Shown piece by piece: positions 1 through 7,236 of a stretch of 64,000 bases of DNA. Source of the DNA: an uncultured virus (IMG/VR IMGVR_UViG_3300049489_000458) (Duplodnaviria > Heunggongvirae > Uroviricota > Caudoviricetes). The notes beneath the pieces are model-generated. The model did no database searches. It was not told the DNA's origin and saw only the letters and a list, made by a program, of their open reading frames with translations. Location of the stretch: IMG/VR virus record IMGVR_UViG_3300049489_000458; one strand, 5' to 3'. Every line of letters starts with the position of its first letter. Position 1 is the stretch's first letter. Made by a program: the position numbers and the translations under genes.

Positions 1-2
1 CT

Positions 3-632
3 TTATTTATTATCCTTATGAATATTCGCACAACCTTTAATAAACCTACCATATTTTTCAATCTCAATATCAGAATATCCTGAAGCTTTACCAATAGTTT
101 TATAATTCTCAAGCCAATGTTCAATAGAATGTTTATGACAACCTATCAGGATTTCATTTAATCCAAAATAGTACGCAGTATGTTTATTGTAAATAAAACT
201 TAAGATTACTTTATTTTCTAGTAACGTTTTCGACAGGTTGGCACCAGACAGGTCGGCACCATACAGGTTGGCACCAGACAGGTTGGCACCAGACAGGTTG
301 GCACCAGACAGGTTGGCACCATACAGGTCGGCACCATACAGGTTGGCACCAGACAGGTCGGCACCATACAGGTTGGCACCATACAGGTTGGCACCAGACA
401 GGTTGGCACCAGACAGGTTGGCACCAGACAGGTCGGCACCATACAGGTTGGCACCATACAGGTCGGCACCATACAGGTTGGCACCATACAGGTTGGCACC
501 ATACAGGTTGGCACCATACAGGTCGGCACCATACAGGTTGGCACCAGACAGGTCGGCACGTTTTCCATTTTCGTCGTTTTGTATCCACAAAACATGTAGT
601 CTTAAATGTTCTTTTAATTCTTGCAATTCCAT
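3..632 (-). CDS. Pentapeptide-repeat protein
   Basis: About 21 tandem A(N/D)L(Y/S)G repeats after an 'ELKEHLRLHVLW...GKRADL' N-terminus; C-terminal 'IGCHKHSIEHW' domain; GGAG RBS upstream. Confidence 0.92.
   Translation of the reverse strand: MELQELKEHLRLHVLWIQNDENGKRADLSGANLYGADLYGANLYGANLYGANLYGADLYGANLYGADLSGANLSGANLSGANLYGANLYGADLSGANLYGADLYGANLSGANLSGANLSGANLYGADLSGANLSKTLLENKVILSFIYNKHTAYYFGLNEILIGCHKHSIEHWLENYKTIGKASGYSDIEIEKYGRFIKGCANIHKDNK
234..558. repeat. 15-bp tandem repeat (CAGGT(T/C)GGCACCA(G/T)A)n encoding the pentapeptide repeats
   Basis: Directly visible tandem array. Confidence 0.97.
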
Positions 633-647
633 TTGTCACTCCTATAT

Positions 648-830
648 TTACTTATCGGTAGTTTTCCTAAAAACTTTAGCCATATTTTGATAATCCCAAT
701 AACCAAATAAAACACAACCTAATATAAAAGGAAACGCTTGCTTACCATATATACCAGTTATAAAATGCTGACCAATAGACAGGATGAAAGACAATATAAT
801 CAATCCTGTAATGTTTATAACGTGTCTCAT
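648..830 (-). CDS. Small membrane protein (2 hydrophobic segments)
   Basis: 60-aa ORF coupled to the upstream gene. Confidence 0.6.
   Translation of the reverse strand: MRHVINITGLIILSFILSIGQHFITGIYGKQAFPFILGCVLFGYWDYQNMAKVFRKTTDK
652..678 (-). promoter_or_regulatory. Sigma-28 (FliA)-type promoter
   Basis: TAAAGTTT-N11-ACCGATAA on minus strand, about 20 nt upstream of the ATG at 632. Confidence 0.85.
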
Positions 831-831
831 T

Positions 832-1110
832 TTAACCCACTACAATATAAAACTTCTTACTAACTTGCAATGCAGTAAGTGTCTCAATATTTAACATACG
901 ATATCCCTTTTCCTTCATATCAAATACAGTAAGAAGGTTATGATCGGCAGGATTATATGCAAGTCCTGTGCCAACAATCGCTTTTGAGACACCTAGTCGG
1001 CAATTCATTTTGCGAATTGTCCCATCTTTCTTAGTAAAGACGGCGGTAAAGACTTTGCCCTTAGTAGACTTAATCAGTTTCAATGCCTTAGTAGAATCAA
1101 TTTGTTTCAT
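832..1110 (-). CDS. Small SH3/Sm-like beta-barrel (WYL_2-like) phage protein
   Basis: 'FTAVFTKKDGTIRKMNC...VFDMKEKGYRM' pattern; AAGGA RBS. Confidence 0.7.
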   Translation of the reverse strand: MKQIDSTKALKLIKSTKGKVFTAVFTKKDGTIRKMNCRLGVSKAIVGTGLAYNPADHNLLTVFDMKEKGYRMLNIETLTALQVSKKFYIVVG

Positions 1111-1137
1111 GTTATTATCCTTTGTTATTATACTTAC

Positions 1138-1164
1138 TTATCGGTTTATTATCAGAAAACTTTA
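1138..1164 (-). promoter_or_regulatory. Sigma-28 (FliA)-type promoter
   Basis: TAAAGTTT-N11-ACCGATAA. Confidence 0.85.
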
Positions 1165-1416
1165 GCTTTTTATCCCTAATTCTTTTTTATTAATATCAAT
1201 TTGTTTTTTAATAATTTTTAAAAATACTTTAGATAATTTTAACTTTTCTTTACGCCATTGATCGATTAAATCCGCATTTAAAGTAACGTGTCTAGGCTTT
1301 TGAATATCCTTCCACTGTAATAAAAACAATTCATTGGTATTTTTTTTCAATAGATTTTCAATCTCATTATATGCAGTAGTTAACTCAATTAGCGACTTCA
1401 ATAGAACAATGTCCAT
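1162..1416 (-). CDS. Hypothetical early protein
   Basis: 84-aa ORF with GAGG RBS. Confidence 0.65.
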   Translation of the reverse strand: MDIVLLKSLIELTTAYNEIENLLKKNTNELFLLQWKDIQKPRHVTLNADLIDQWRKEKLKLSKVFLKIIKKQIDINKKELGIKS

Positions 1417-1429
1417 ATATTACCTCATG

Positions 1430-1471
1430 TGTATCGTTTTGATACACTTCCCCCCGTCTCAAGATGAGAAA
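1430..1471. promoter_or_regulatory. Tandem 17-bp palindromic sites with a CTTCCCCC linker
   Basis: TGTATCGtttTGATACA (1430-1446) and CGTCTCAagaTGAGAAA (1455-1471). Confidence 0.6.
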
Positions 1472-1752
1472 AATTCTTCTTCTAAACGTTCCTCAATGAG
1501 ACGTTGAGCAGTTTTACCAAACGTATCAAAAGGAATCAGTTCATCAGTTTCTTCATTACGAATCTCAATATCGATCACTTCAAAATCGCCTTCAGGCGGA
1601 TAACAGTCTTCAGGTAAACCATATCGTTTACCAGGATCATAATAACCGTCACATTTTGCTACAATATTATATCCGATATCATCAAGATTAATACAGACTT
1701 CAATTGTATTATAATGTCTACTAATCTTAGTTAGTCCTAATGAACGTTTCAT
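1459..1752 (-). CDS. Hypothetical acidic early protein (paralog of 2855..3145)
   Basis: YDPGKRYGLPEDCYPP motif similar to YDKGKPYGPIEFSYPP. Confidence 0.7.
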   Translation of the reverse strand: MKRSLGLTKISRHYNTIEVCINLDDIGYNIVAKCDGYYDPGKRYGLPEDCYPPEGDFEVIDIEIRNEETDELIPFDTFGKTAQRLIEERLEEEFFSS

Positions 1753-1863
1753 TTTGATGCATCCTTTTGCCTTGCTTCATCTTGAAGCAGTTTAAATAGT
1801 TTCACTTCTAATCGTTCTATAAACAATGTAATACGTTTTATATTGTAACGTATCATTTTGAGT

Positions 1864-2541
1864 TTAGCCGACTTTATCCCATTTTGTTTTATCATAATTT
1901 TTAGTCCCGTGATAAATTAATCCGATCTTATTTGAGACACCATTGGCAGCGACCATATCATCATCTGTCCCATCTTGATACCCAGCCGCCTCAAGTTGAG
2001 CCGCTGTCTCAAATACTCGCGCATGATAGTTTGTCTCAATATTAATCAAACTATCCTGTTTTCCACCAAAGGAAAAGATGACTCGAAATGATGCAGGAAT
2101 CATTTTTGTTTTAATATAAGTTTGAAACATAACTACTTGTTTTGTATAGGCATAAAATGATACGCGATCATCTGTAGCAAAATGCGACATAATATCTAAC
2201 CACTTATTAAGATATGTTTCATTATAGAAGTCACCCGCATCATGGATTCTCACTTTGAGATGTTCAGTATTTCTCTTTTTGAGCCACCGATTAATCTCTG
2301 CGATCATATCAGGAACGAACGCATCGGTTTGAGTCAACGCTAACTTAGCTTCATGTGCTACCTTAACGTTACCAAAGGCATACGCGCCTTGACGCGCATA
2401 ACAGCCTACAGCACACAATCCTGCATTAGGACAAGTCTTAAGACCCGTACTACTTTGAAACGCTGGTATAGTCCAATTAACATTAGTAATCCCATTTTTA
2501 GAACTTTTCTTCATTTTACTATTCTGAGTTAACAATTCCAT
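1864..2541 (-). CDS. GP88-like protein (Cys-rich, radical-SAM-like phage family)
   Basis: TCPNAGLCAVGCYA (CxxxxxCxxxC), RIHDAGDF and FYAYTK motifs. Confidence 0.8.
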   Translation of the reverse strand: MELLTQNSKMKKSSKNGITNVNWTIPAFQSSTGLKTCPNAGLCAVGCYARQGAYAFGNVKVAHEAKLALTQTDAFVPDMIAEINRWLKKRNTEHLKVRIHDAGDFYNETYLNKWLDIMSHFATDDRVSFYAYTKQVVMFQTYIKTKMIPASFRVIFSFGGKQDSLINIETNYHARVFETAAQLEAAGYQDGTDDDMVAANGVSNKIGLIYHGTKNYDKTKWDKVG

Positions 2542-2562
2542 GTGTATTCCCCTTATAATAAC

Positions 2563-2589
2563 TTATCGGTTTATTTGTGGAAAACTTTA
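2563..2589 (-). promoter_or_regulatory. Sigma-28 (FliA)-type promoter
   Basis: TAAAGTTT-N11-ACCGATAA, followed by an AAGGGG RBS and the ATG at 2541. Confidence 0.85.
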
Positions 2590-2868
2590 ATATTTTTTTC
2601 GGTATTCTATATGAATCTCAAAACGATACAATCCAAACGCGATAACCCATATTAAATTGGTATTAAAACAATAAACTTTCAAATATTTAAACCCATAACG
2701 ACCACTATAGTGTATAGGAATTGGGCGATAAACTTTAATTAAAAGCCTAATTTTATCTATTAAACTTGCATCTTTAAATGCCTTAGAATGAAACAAACAA
2801 AACTGAGCATTGCTGCATTTTCTACACTGTTTCATAATGAGTCGTTCCCCCGTCTCAATATCGATCAT
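2587..2868 (-). CDS. Hypothetical protein with N-terminal CxxC...CxxH (likely start at MKQCRKC)
   Basis: ORF track; fills the gap in the operon. Confidence 0.5.
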   Translation of the reverse strand: MIDIETGERLIMKQCRKCSNAQFCLFHSKAFKDASLIDKIRLLIKVYRPIPIHYSGRYGFKYLKVYCFNTNLIWVIAFGLYRFEIHIEYRKKY

Positions 2869-3145
2869 CTTTACTATTATACATGTCCCAAAATGAGTCT
2901 TCTAATTCAGCATAGATTCTATTATAGTCACTCTTATTTAACGTACCAATTTGAATCAATTCATTTTTATCTTGAGTATAAATTTTAATATCATCTATAA
3001 ACAATTCACTACTAGGCGGATAACTAAATTCAATCGGTCCATAAGGTTTACCTTTATCATAAGAACCAATAGCCAATGCTGATATATAAACTTCAATATC
3101 AGCACCAATAGTAGTGTTTAATTCTACCTCATATTTTCGTCCCAT
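2855..3145 (-). CDS. Hypothetical acidic early protein (paralog of 1459..1752)
   Basis: Start reassigned to MGRKYEV, directly after the upstream stop. Confidence 0.7.
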   Translation of the reverse strand: MGRKYEVELNTTIGADIEVYISALAIGSYDKGKPYGPIEFSYPPSSELFIDDIKIYTQDKNELIQIGTLNKSDYNRIYAELEDSFWDMYNSKDDRY

Positions 3146-3146
3146 A

Positions 3147-3515
3147 TTAGTACAACCTTTCTTGTACTGCATCATATACATAATTTGAATCATTATTCAA
3201 TTCGTCTAATTCGTCATCGGTCATATCACGACCTTGATAAGTTGCCGATGCAATATAAGCATCAACAAAATCAGGATAATCTTTTGTATCAATACCATCC
3301 ACTTCAACATTCTCAATTTGAGAATAGTCCAGAACAATACGTTCTAGAACGGGACCATGTAACCATACAGAAACTGTCTCTTTAGGAAACGTCTCAAGGC
3401 GAGCCAGCCACCGTTTATATCTGGCCTCTGTCTTAAAACGATACGTTCTACCTTCGGTAAATGTTTTATGAGGAATCATAACTTTAATCCTATACCCTAT
3501 AATTTTGCGCTCCAC
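3147..3515 (-). CDS. Hypothetical phage protein
   Basis: C-terminal 'VDGIDTKDYPDFVDAYI' segment typical of small phage early proteins; GGGAG RBS. Confidence 0.7.
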   Translation of the reverse strand: MERKIIGYRIKVMIPHKTFTEGRTYRFKTEARYKRWLARLETFPKETVSVWLHGPVLERIVLDYSQIENVEVDGIDTKDYPDFVDAYIASATYQGRDMTDDELDELNNDSNYVYDAVQERLY

Positions 3516-3545
3516 AATTAACTCTCCCTGTTAATAAATAAAACT

Positions 3546-3776
3546 TTAGTTAAAACTACCACTAGACAACAGTTTATCTTTACCATCAGGATTTACTTGA
3601 TACAAATAAAGATCGCGACCATATGAATCAGCCCGAGCGTCTTTAAATGGGACAACTTTAATCCCATATTCAGACAATAGAACTACATGATCATCTTGAA
3701 GTTTACTCTCAAAAGTATCCCATATATCAGAACTTAACTTGACCATTGGATTATGTGCATAATACTTCATTTTCAT
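3546..3776 (-). CDS. Hypothetical early protein
   Basis: Directly downstream of a promoter and RBS. Confidence 0.7.
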   Translation of the reverse strand: MKMKYYAHNPMVKLSSDIWDTFESKLQDDHVVLLSEYGIKVVPFKDARADSYGRDLYLYQVNPDGKDKLLSSGSFN

Positions 3777-3793
3777 TTTCCCCTTATACTTAC

Positions 3794-3820
3794 TTATCGG
3801 TTGAATTCTAGAAAACTTTA
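3794..3820 (-). promoter_or_regulatory. Sigma-28 (FliA)-type promoter
   Basis: TAAAGTTT-N11-ACCGATAA. Confidence 0.85.
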
Positions 3821-3821
3821 A

Positions 3822-4334
3822 TTATAATTCTAGTTTTTCAATATATTCTTTTACTGTTTCATATTGAGATCCTAATGCTTTTCTCAATTTGAAATAGTTT
3901 TCAATACATGCATCATAAATAGACTCAGCTTTAATTGAGTCTTCATCATAACCGAATTCAAAACACCAGTCTCGAAATGAGACCTCATGTGCTGAACTAT
4001 CCAAAAAGAGACAATATAATAATTGTTCCAATTTAGGATGCTCAACACCTACGCCACGACGAAGAAATTCATCAACGTCATAATATGAGACGCCTATTGA
4101 TCTAGACGTGGGTTTAATATTCTTATGAATACCACTATTAATCACTTGATCGCGAGTTAATTGCAATATATTACGCTTATCTTTTGGTACGTCTTTGAGA
4201 TCTTTTAAAGTCTTGAGATAACCTAATCCTGTCTTATATTCGAACGATTCATCTCCAATACGACACGACCAACGAATCTCATTAGGATACACTCCCATTA
4301 AAGTAGGCACATAATTAATCTTAAATTGATCCAT
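3822..4334 (-). CDS. Hypothetical phage early protein
   Basis: 'SFRDWCFEFGYDEDSIKAESIYDAC' segment typical of a phage early family; start reassigned to MDQFK. Confidence 0.75.
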   Translation of the reverse strand: MDQFKINYVPTLMGVYPNEIRWSCRIGDESFEYKTGLGYLKTLKDLKDVPKDKRNILQLTRDQVINSGIHKNIKPTSRSIGVSYYDVDEFLRRGVGVEHPKLEQLLYCLFLDSSAHEVSFRDWCFEFGYDEDSIKAESIYDACIENYFKLRKALGSQYETVKEYIEKLEL

Positions 4335-4335
4335 T

Positions 4336-4509
4336 TTACGCCCCCATCTCAATATAACGTGTTGGCTCATTAAACAGCCTAATGAACGCACCATGACGTT
4401 TAATCGCCTCAACCCATACCGTATTGAGTTGAGATTCAGTCGGCGGCCTTAAGAAGTAAGTGTTTTCAAGAACTATATCATTTTGAGCCATAATAGTTAC
4501 TTTATACAT
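4336..4509 (-). CDS. Small hypothetical protein (57 aa, MYKVTIMAQ...), not in the ORF track
   Basis: GAGGTG RBS after a sigma-28 promoter; stop adjacent to the next start. Confidence 0.65.
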   Translation of the reverse strand: MYKVTIMAQNDIVLENTYFLRPPTESQLNTVWVEAIKRHGAFIRLFNEPTRYIEMGA

Positions 4510-4527
4510 TTTTCACCTCATACTGTA

Positions 4528-4555
4528 TTATCGGTTGAAGGCTTATAAAACTTTA
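4528..4555 (-). promoter_or_regulatory. Sigma-28 (FliA)-type promoter (12-bp spacer)
   Basis: TAAAGTTT-N12-ACCGATAA. Confidence 0.75.
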
Positions 4556-4564
4556 GAACTATTT

Positions 4565-4762
4565 TCAAGTCACCTTAACAATCTTACCATCTTTAATAGT
4601 AACATTAGCGTACCATTTACGAACGTATGGTGATGGACCAACGACACAAAATGAGCCATTATCCTTATACTCTTCACCAAACATACTTGTCTCAGTATAA
4701 GACAATGGTTTGCCTACCGATGCTTTAAGATCCTTCTTAGTCTTATAGTTCGCACCTATCAT
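4565..4762 (-). CDS. Small conserved-looking phage early protein
   Basis: 'YKTKKDLKASVG...ETSMFG...RKWYA'; GGGAG RBS. Confidence 0.75.
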   Translation of the reverse strand: MIGANYKTKKDLKASVGKPLSYTETSMFGEEYKDNGSFCVVGPSPYVRKWYANVTIKDGKIVKVT

Positions 4763-4794
4763 AACTTATGCTCCCTGTTATGTGTTATAACTAC

Positions 4795-4821
4795 TTATTG
4801 GTAGATTTTTTAAAAACTTAA
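4795..4821 (-). promoter_or_regulatory. Sigma-28-type promoter (variant)
   Basis: TTAAGTTT-N11-ACCAATAA. Confidence 0.65.
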
Positions 4822-4904
4822 GTAAAAAAACTCATTAAAAATCTTAATCGCCAACTGAATCATAATGAGATTAAAGTAAATCTGAATTCCCAGATTAGAA
4901 CGTC

Positions 4905-5261
4905 TCATTCCCAGCCACCATCATTCCCATATACCGATGTATAATCGGCAACTTGTTCATTACGAAACGTCTCAACTTGATCGTCTCGATCTGGAGCAGC
5001 AGCATCAATATGTTCATTATTATATGCAAATCCTGATGTTTCAAAAATAGATCGAATCTCAGAACGAGTCAATGGAAAGTCCCTGTTTTGAATTGAGATA
5101 GCTAGTTGCTGTGCCTCAGAATCGAATGAAAAACTAGTAGCAATCGACATAATCTCATTATGAAACATATTGAGCTGTCCCATTTCGTGACGAGCGGTAT
5201 TTAATTGGTCCTGCAATGTCTGAATATGAGCCAAAATCGAAACTATAGTCTTACGTTCCAT
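4905..5261 (-). CDS. Hypothetical early protein
   Basis: Start MERKTIV with GGGGG RBS. Confidence 0.7.
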   Translation of the reverse strand: MERKTIVSILAHIQTLQDQLNTARHEMGQLNMFHNEIMSIATSFSFDSEAQQLAISIQNRDFPLTRSEIRSIFETSGFAYNNEHIDAAAPDRDDQVETFRNEQVADYTSVYGNDGGWE

Positions 5262-5336
5262 ATAACCCCCATTATAAAATGTCTGATTAGCGGTCAATCT
5301 TGTCGTGTGCTTATCAGCCGTTGTCCTTATAATAAC

Positions 5337-5363
5337 TTATCGGTGAAAAGTCTGGAAACTTTA
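5337..5363 (-). promoter_or_regulatory. Sigma-28 (FliA)-type promoter
   Basis: TAAAGTTT-N11-ACCGATAA. Confidence 0.85.
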
Positions 5364-5985
5364 GGAAAATCTTTAAAAAAATGATTGTATATTAATGAGA
5401 CATATGTCATAATGAGAATAACAAATATAGTTAGGTCCTGACGACGTATTAGTTCGTCCCATATCAAGGCGTTGCAGGATGAGACATATCAGAATCAATC
5501 GTACTGTAATGGTACGACCCATATCGAGACTAATCCTACTGTGGAACGTCTCAAGGTGAATGGGCTAAAATGTGACATAAGTCGTGACCACCTATTGACT
5601 ATCTCACTCTGATACGTTGGCCTATTGCGAGGCATACGCAACCAGATTAAAGTGTATTAATTCGAGACTAAGACCTCTCTAATGGAATTCTTTGACCTCG
5701 ACTACAACCTTCCTCATTTATTATATAAAAGAGCTTATAATATACTAACTTGAGACATATATATTCTTATATTATATATAAGAAATAATATACTTGTATC
5801 AACATGAGATGTATTAACTCTAACCTAGTTGACGTTATAACATATATAAAAGATCCTGTGAAGTCAACGACTTACACAATTAATCTCAGAATAAGACAAT
5901 AATCCTGAATAAGTTAATAATATAGTGTAATAATAGTATATATGAGATAACTATCATTGTAACTATGTATTAACCTCATACTATC

Positions 5986-6012
5986 TTATCGGTAAAAATA
6001 GCTAATACTTTA
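5986..6012 (-). promoter_or_regulatory. Sigma-28-type promoter with no substantial downstream ORF
   Basis: TAAAGTAT-N11-ACCGATAA. Confidence 0.7.
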
Positions 6013-6135
6013 GTCATTTATACTTATATTAGGCACAAATCTTTCTTATACTTGAGCAATATGACTCAATTCGGTACGGATAATTACCATATATAAAGCT
6101 TATATGTGACATAAGTGCTACTTATATAGTACATT

Positions 6136-6151
6136 TGGCATAATAATTGCA
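6136..6151 (+). promoter_or_regulatory. Sigma-54 -24/-12 motif
   Basis: TGGCATAATAATTGCA (GG-N10-GC). Confidence 0.7.
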
Positions 6152-6181
6152 TATAAATCCTGGATGTATAAGAATATGTTA

Positions 6182-6215
6182 TGGTATACCTATTGCAATG
6201 CATAAACCGTGCCAA
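6182..6215. promoter_or_regulatory. Convergent pair of sigma-54 -24/-12 motifs
   Basis: Plus strand TGGTATACCTATTGCA (6182-6197); minus strand TTGGCACGGTTTATGCA (6199-6215). Confidence 0.7.
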
Positions 6216-6223
6216 CGTTCCTC

Positions 6224-6296
6224 CGTCTCAGCCTGATACGTCTCATTTTGAGACACTTCCTCCGTTGTTTCATTATGATACAGTCAATTTGAGGCA
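6224..6296. promoter_or_regulatory. Array of 17-bp palindromic operator/enhancer-like sites
   Basis: CGTCTCAgccTGATACG, CGTCTCAtttTGAGACA, CTTCCTCCGT linker, TGTTTCAttaTGATACA, ACAGTCAattTGAGGCA. Confidence 0.75.
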
Positions 6297-6297
6297 T

Positions 6298-6328
6298 AAA
6301 AAACCCCATCTCATTGCAAGACAGGGTA
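6298..6328 (-). terminator. Probable intrinsic terminator
   Basis: ACCCTGTCTT-loop-GAGATGGGGT followed by TTTTT on the minus strand, after 6366..6587. Confidence 0.55.
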
Positions 6329-6365
6329 AAACTGGCAGGATTTAGGTGTCTTATAGTGGGACGAA

Positions 6366-6587
6366 CTATGCTACACGTTTTTTAGATTGGAAGTCCACGA
6401 ATAGGACGTTATATCTGACGTTAAATCTCTTTTCAATACGCTTCTTTAGAGCCGATGCCTTAAGTAGCTCTTTGTTCCAATATGAGGCAGATTCATGGTC
6501 GTAGCTACCTTGAGCCACTCTACCACATTGTTTAATACGAGCCATAACTAAAATTAATGCACCATTAACAATCTTATTCATAGTCAA
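6366..6587 (-). CDS. Hypothetical basic protein
   Basis: 73-aa ORF, GAGGAG RBS. Confidence 0.65.
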   Translation of the reverse strand: MTMNKIVNGALILVMARIKQCGRVAQGSYDHESASYWNKELLKASALKKRIEKRFNVRYNVLFVDFQSKKRVA

Positions 6588-6693
6588 ACTCCTCTAGTTC
6601 GGTGTTAGAAACGTCTTGTTCTGAGTCAATTAGATCATCTTGATCCCAGCTAATATCTGCCTCAAGTTGAGCCACAATCTTATTAGGGTCCAT
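6574..6693 (-). CDS. 39-aa highly acidic peptide (MDPNKIVAQLEADISWDQDDLIDSEQDVSNTELEEFDYE), not in the ORF track
   Basis: GGAGGTG RBS; TAATG coupling to the upstream ORF. Confidence 0.65.
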   Translation of the reverse strand: MDPNKIVAQLEADISWDQDDLIDSEQDVSNTELEEFDYE

Positions 6694-6860
6694 TATTCAC
6701 CTCCTATTAAATAATCTGTATATACACAATTTGGCTTTAATTTATAAAACTCATTAACCGCATCATCAAATGCTGATTCGCTATTAAAATCATAATAACA
6801 TGAGCATGATAATTCTTGAGTCGAATTAGGTAATTGGTAGAAAAAGAGTATATGATACAT
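6693..6860 (-). CDS. 55-aa hypothetical protein (MYHILFFYQ...), not in the ORF track
   Basis: AGGAGG RBS after the rightmost sigma-28 promoter. Confidence 0.65.
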   Translation of the reverse strand: MYHILFFYQLPNSTQELSCSCYYDFNSESAFDDAVNEFYKLKPNCVYTDYLIGGE

Positions 6861-6901
6861 TATGCCTCCTATGTTTTAGTTACTATCGCCTTACAATATA
6901 C

Positions 6902-6928
6902 TTATCGGTAGACTGTGAAAAAACTAAA
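6902..6928 (-). promoter_or_regulatory. Sigma-28-type promoter
   Basis: TTTAGTTT-N11-ACCGATAA. Confidence 0.7.
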
Positions 6929-6963
6929 GACATTTGATTTTATAGATGGTATAAGAAAGACTG

Positions 6964-7022
6964 CGTACCAGAATGATACTGTATCAATATGAGACGCTTC
7001 CTCCGTGTATCAGAATGAGGCG
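6964..7022. promoter_or_regulatory. Second array of 17-bp palindromes, same layout as 6224-6282
   Basis: CGTACCAgaaTGATACT, TGTATCAataTGAGACG, CTTCCTCCG linker, TGTATCAgaaTGAGGCG. Confidence 0.75.
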
Positions 7023-7088
7023 TAGTGTAATGATGCGTATGATAGTGAGAATTTCTATTACCAATGTGGTGGCATGACGTTGCATATA

Positions 7089-7137
7089 TGCAGGATGTGT
7101 GCCAGTATCAGATAGATACATGTATCATATTGAGACA
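7089..7137 (-). promoter_or_regulatory. Sigma-54 motif abutting two palindromes
   Basis: CTGGCACACATCCTGCA on the minus strand (7089-7105); AGTATCAgatAGATACA (7104-7120); TGTATCAtatTGAGACA (7121-7137). Confidence 0.7.
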
Positions 7138-7236
7138 CTTCGTGTGCCATGAGGGGTAGGGGGGTGACACCTAAACATATCTGGAAAATGTCTATATACC
7201 ATCCATATATTTTTATGAAATATACATATTAATACA

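Larger units (their letters stand above)
5364..6365. other. Roughly 1-kb non-coding regulatory block rich in palindromes
   Basis: No ORF of 60 aa or more; many TCA-N3-TGA palindromes (5386, 5403, 5600, 5795, 5882, 6224, 6239, 6266, 6280) and GG-N10-GC motifs. Confidence 0.8.

Noticed and set aside
234..558. Tandem repeat as a CRISPR array
   Set aside because: Contiguous 15-bp units with no spacers, inside a CDS
211..690. Alternative-frame ORFs (PVWCQ, VPTCM, APYRL repeats)
   Set aside because: Shadows of the stop-free 15-bp repeat; only the pentapeptide frame has a promoter, RBS and sensible flanking domains
3527..3549. A tenth sigma-28 promoter
   Set aside because: Only the TAAAGTTTT box is present with no CCGATAA; probably a remnant
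6031..6047. Further sigma-54-like motifs (AGGCACAAATCTTTC here, and one near 6953-6971)
   Set aside because: They lack the conserved GC at -12 or the correct spacing
652..6928. Recurring ACTTATCGGT...AAACTTTA as CRISPR repeats or attC sites
   Set aside because: Irregular spacing, a variable 11-bp core and position before RBSs fit promoters; no cas or integrase gene in the window
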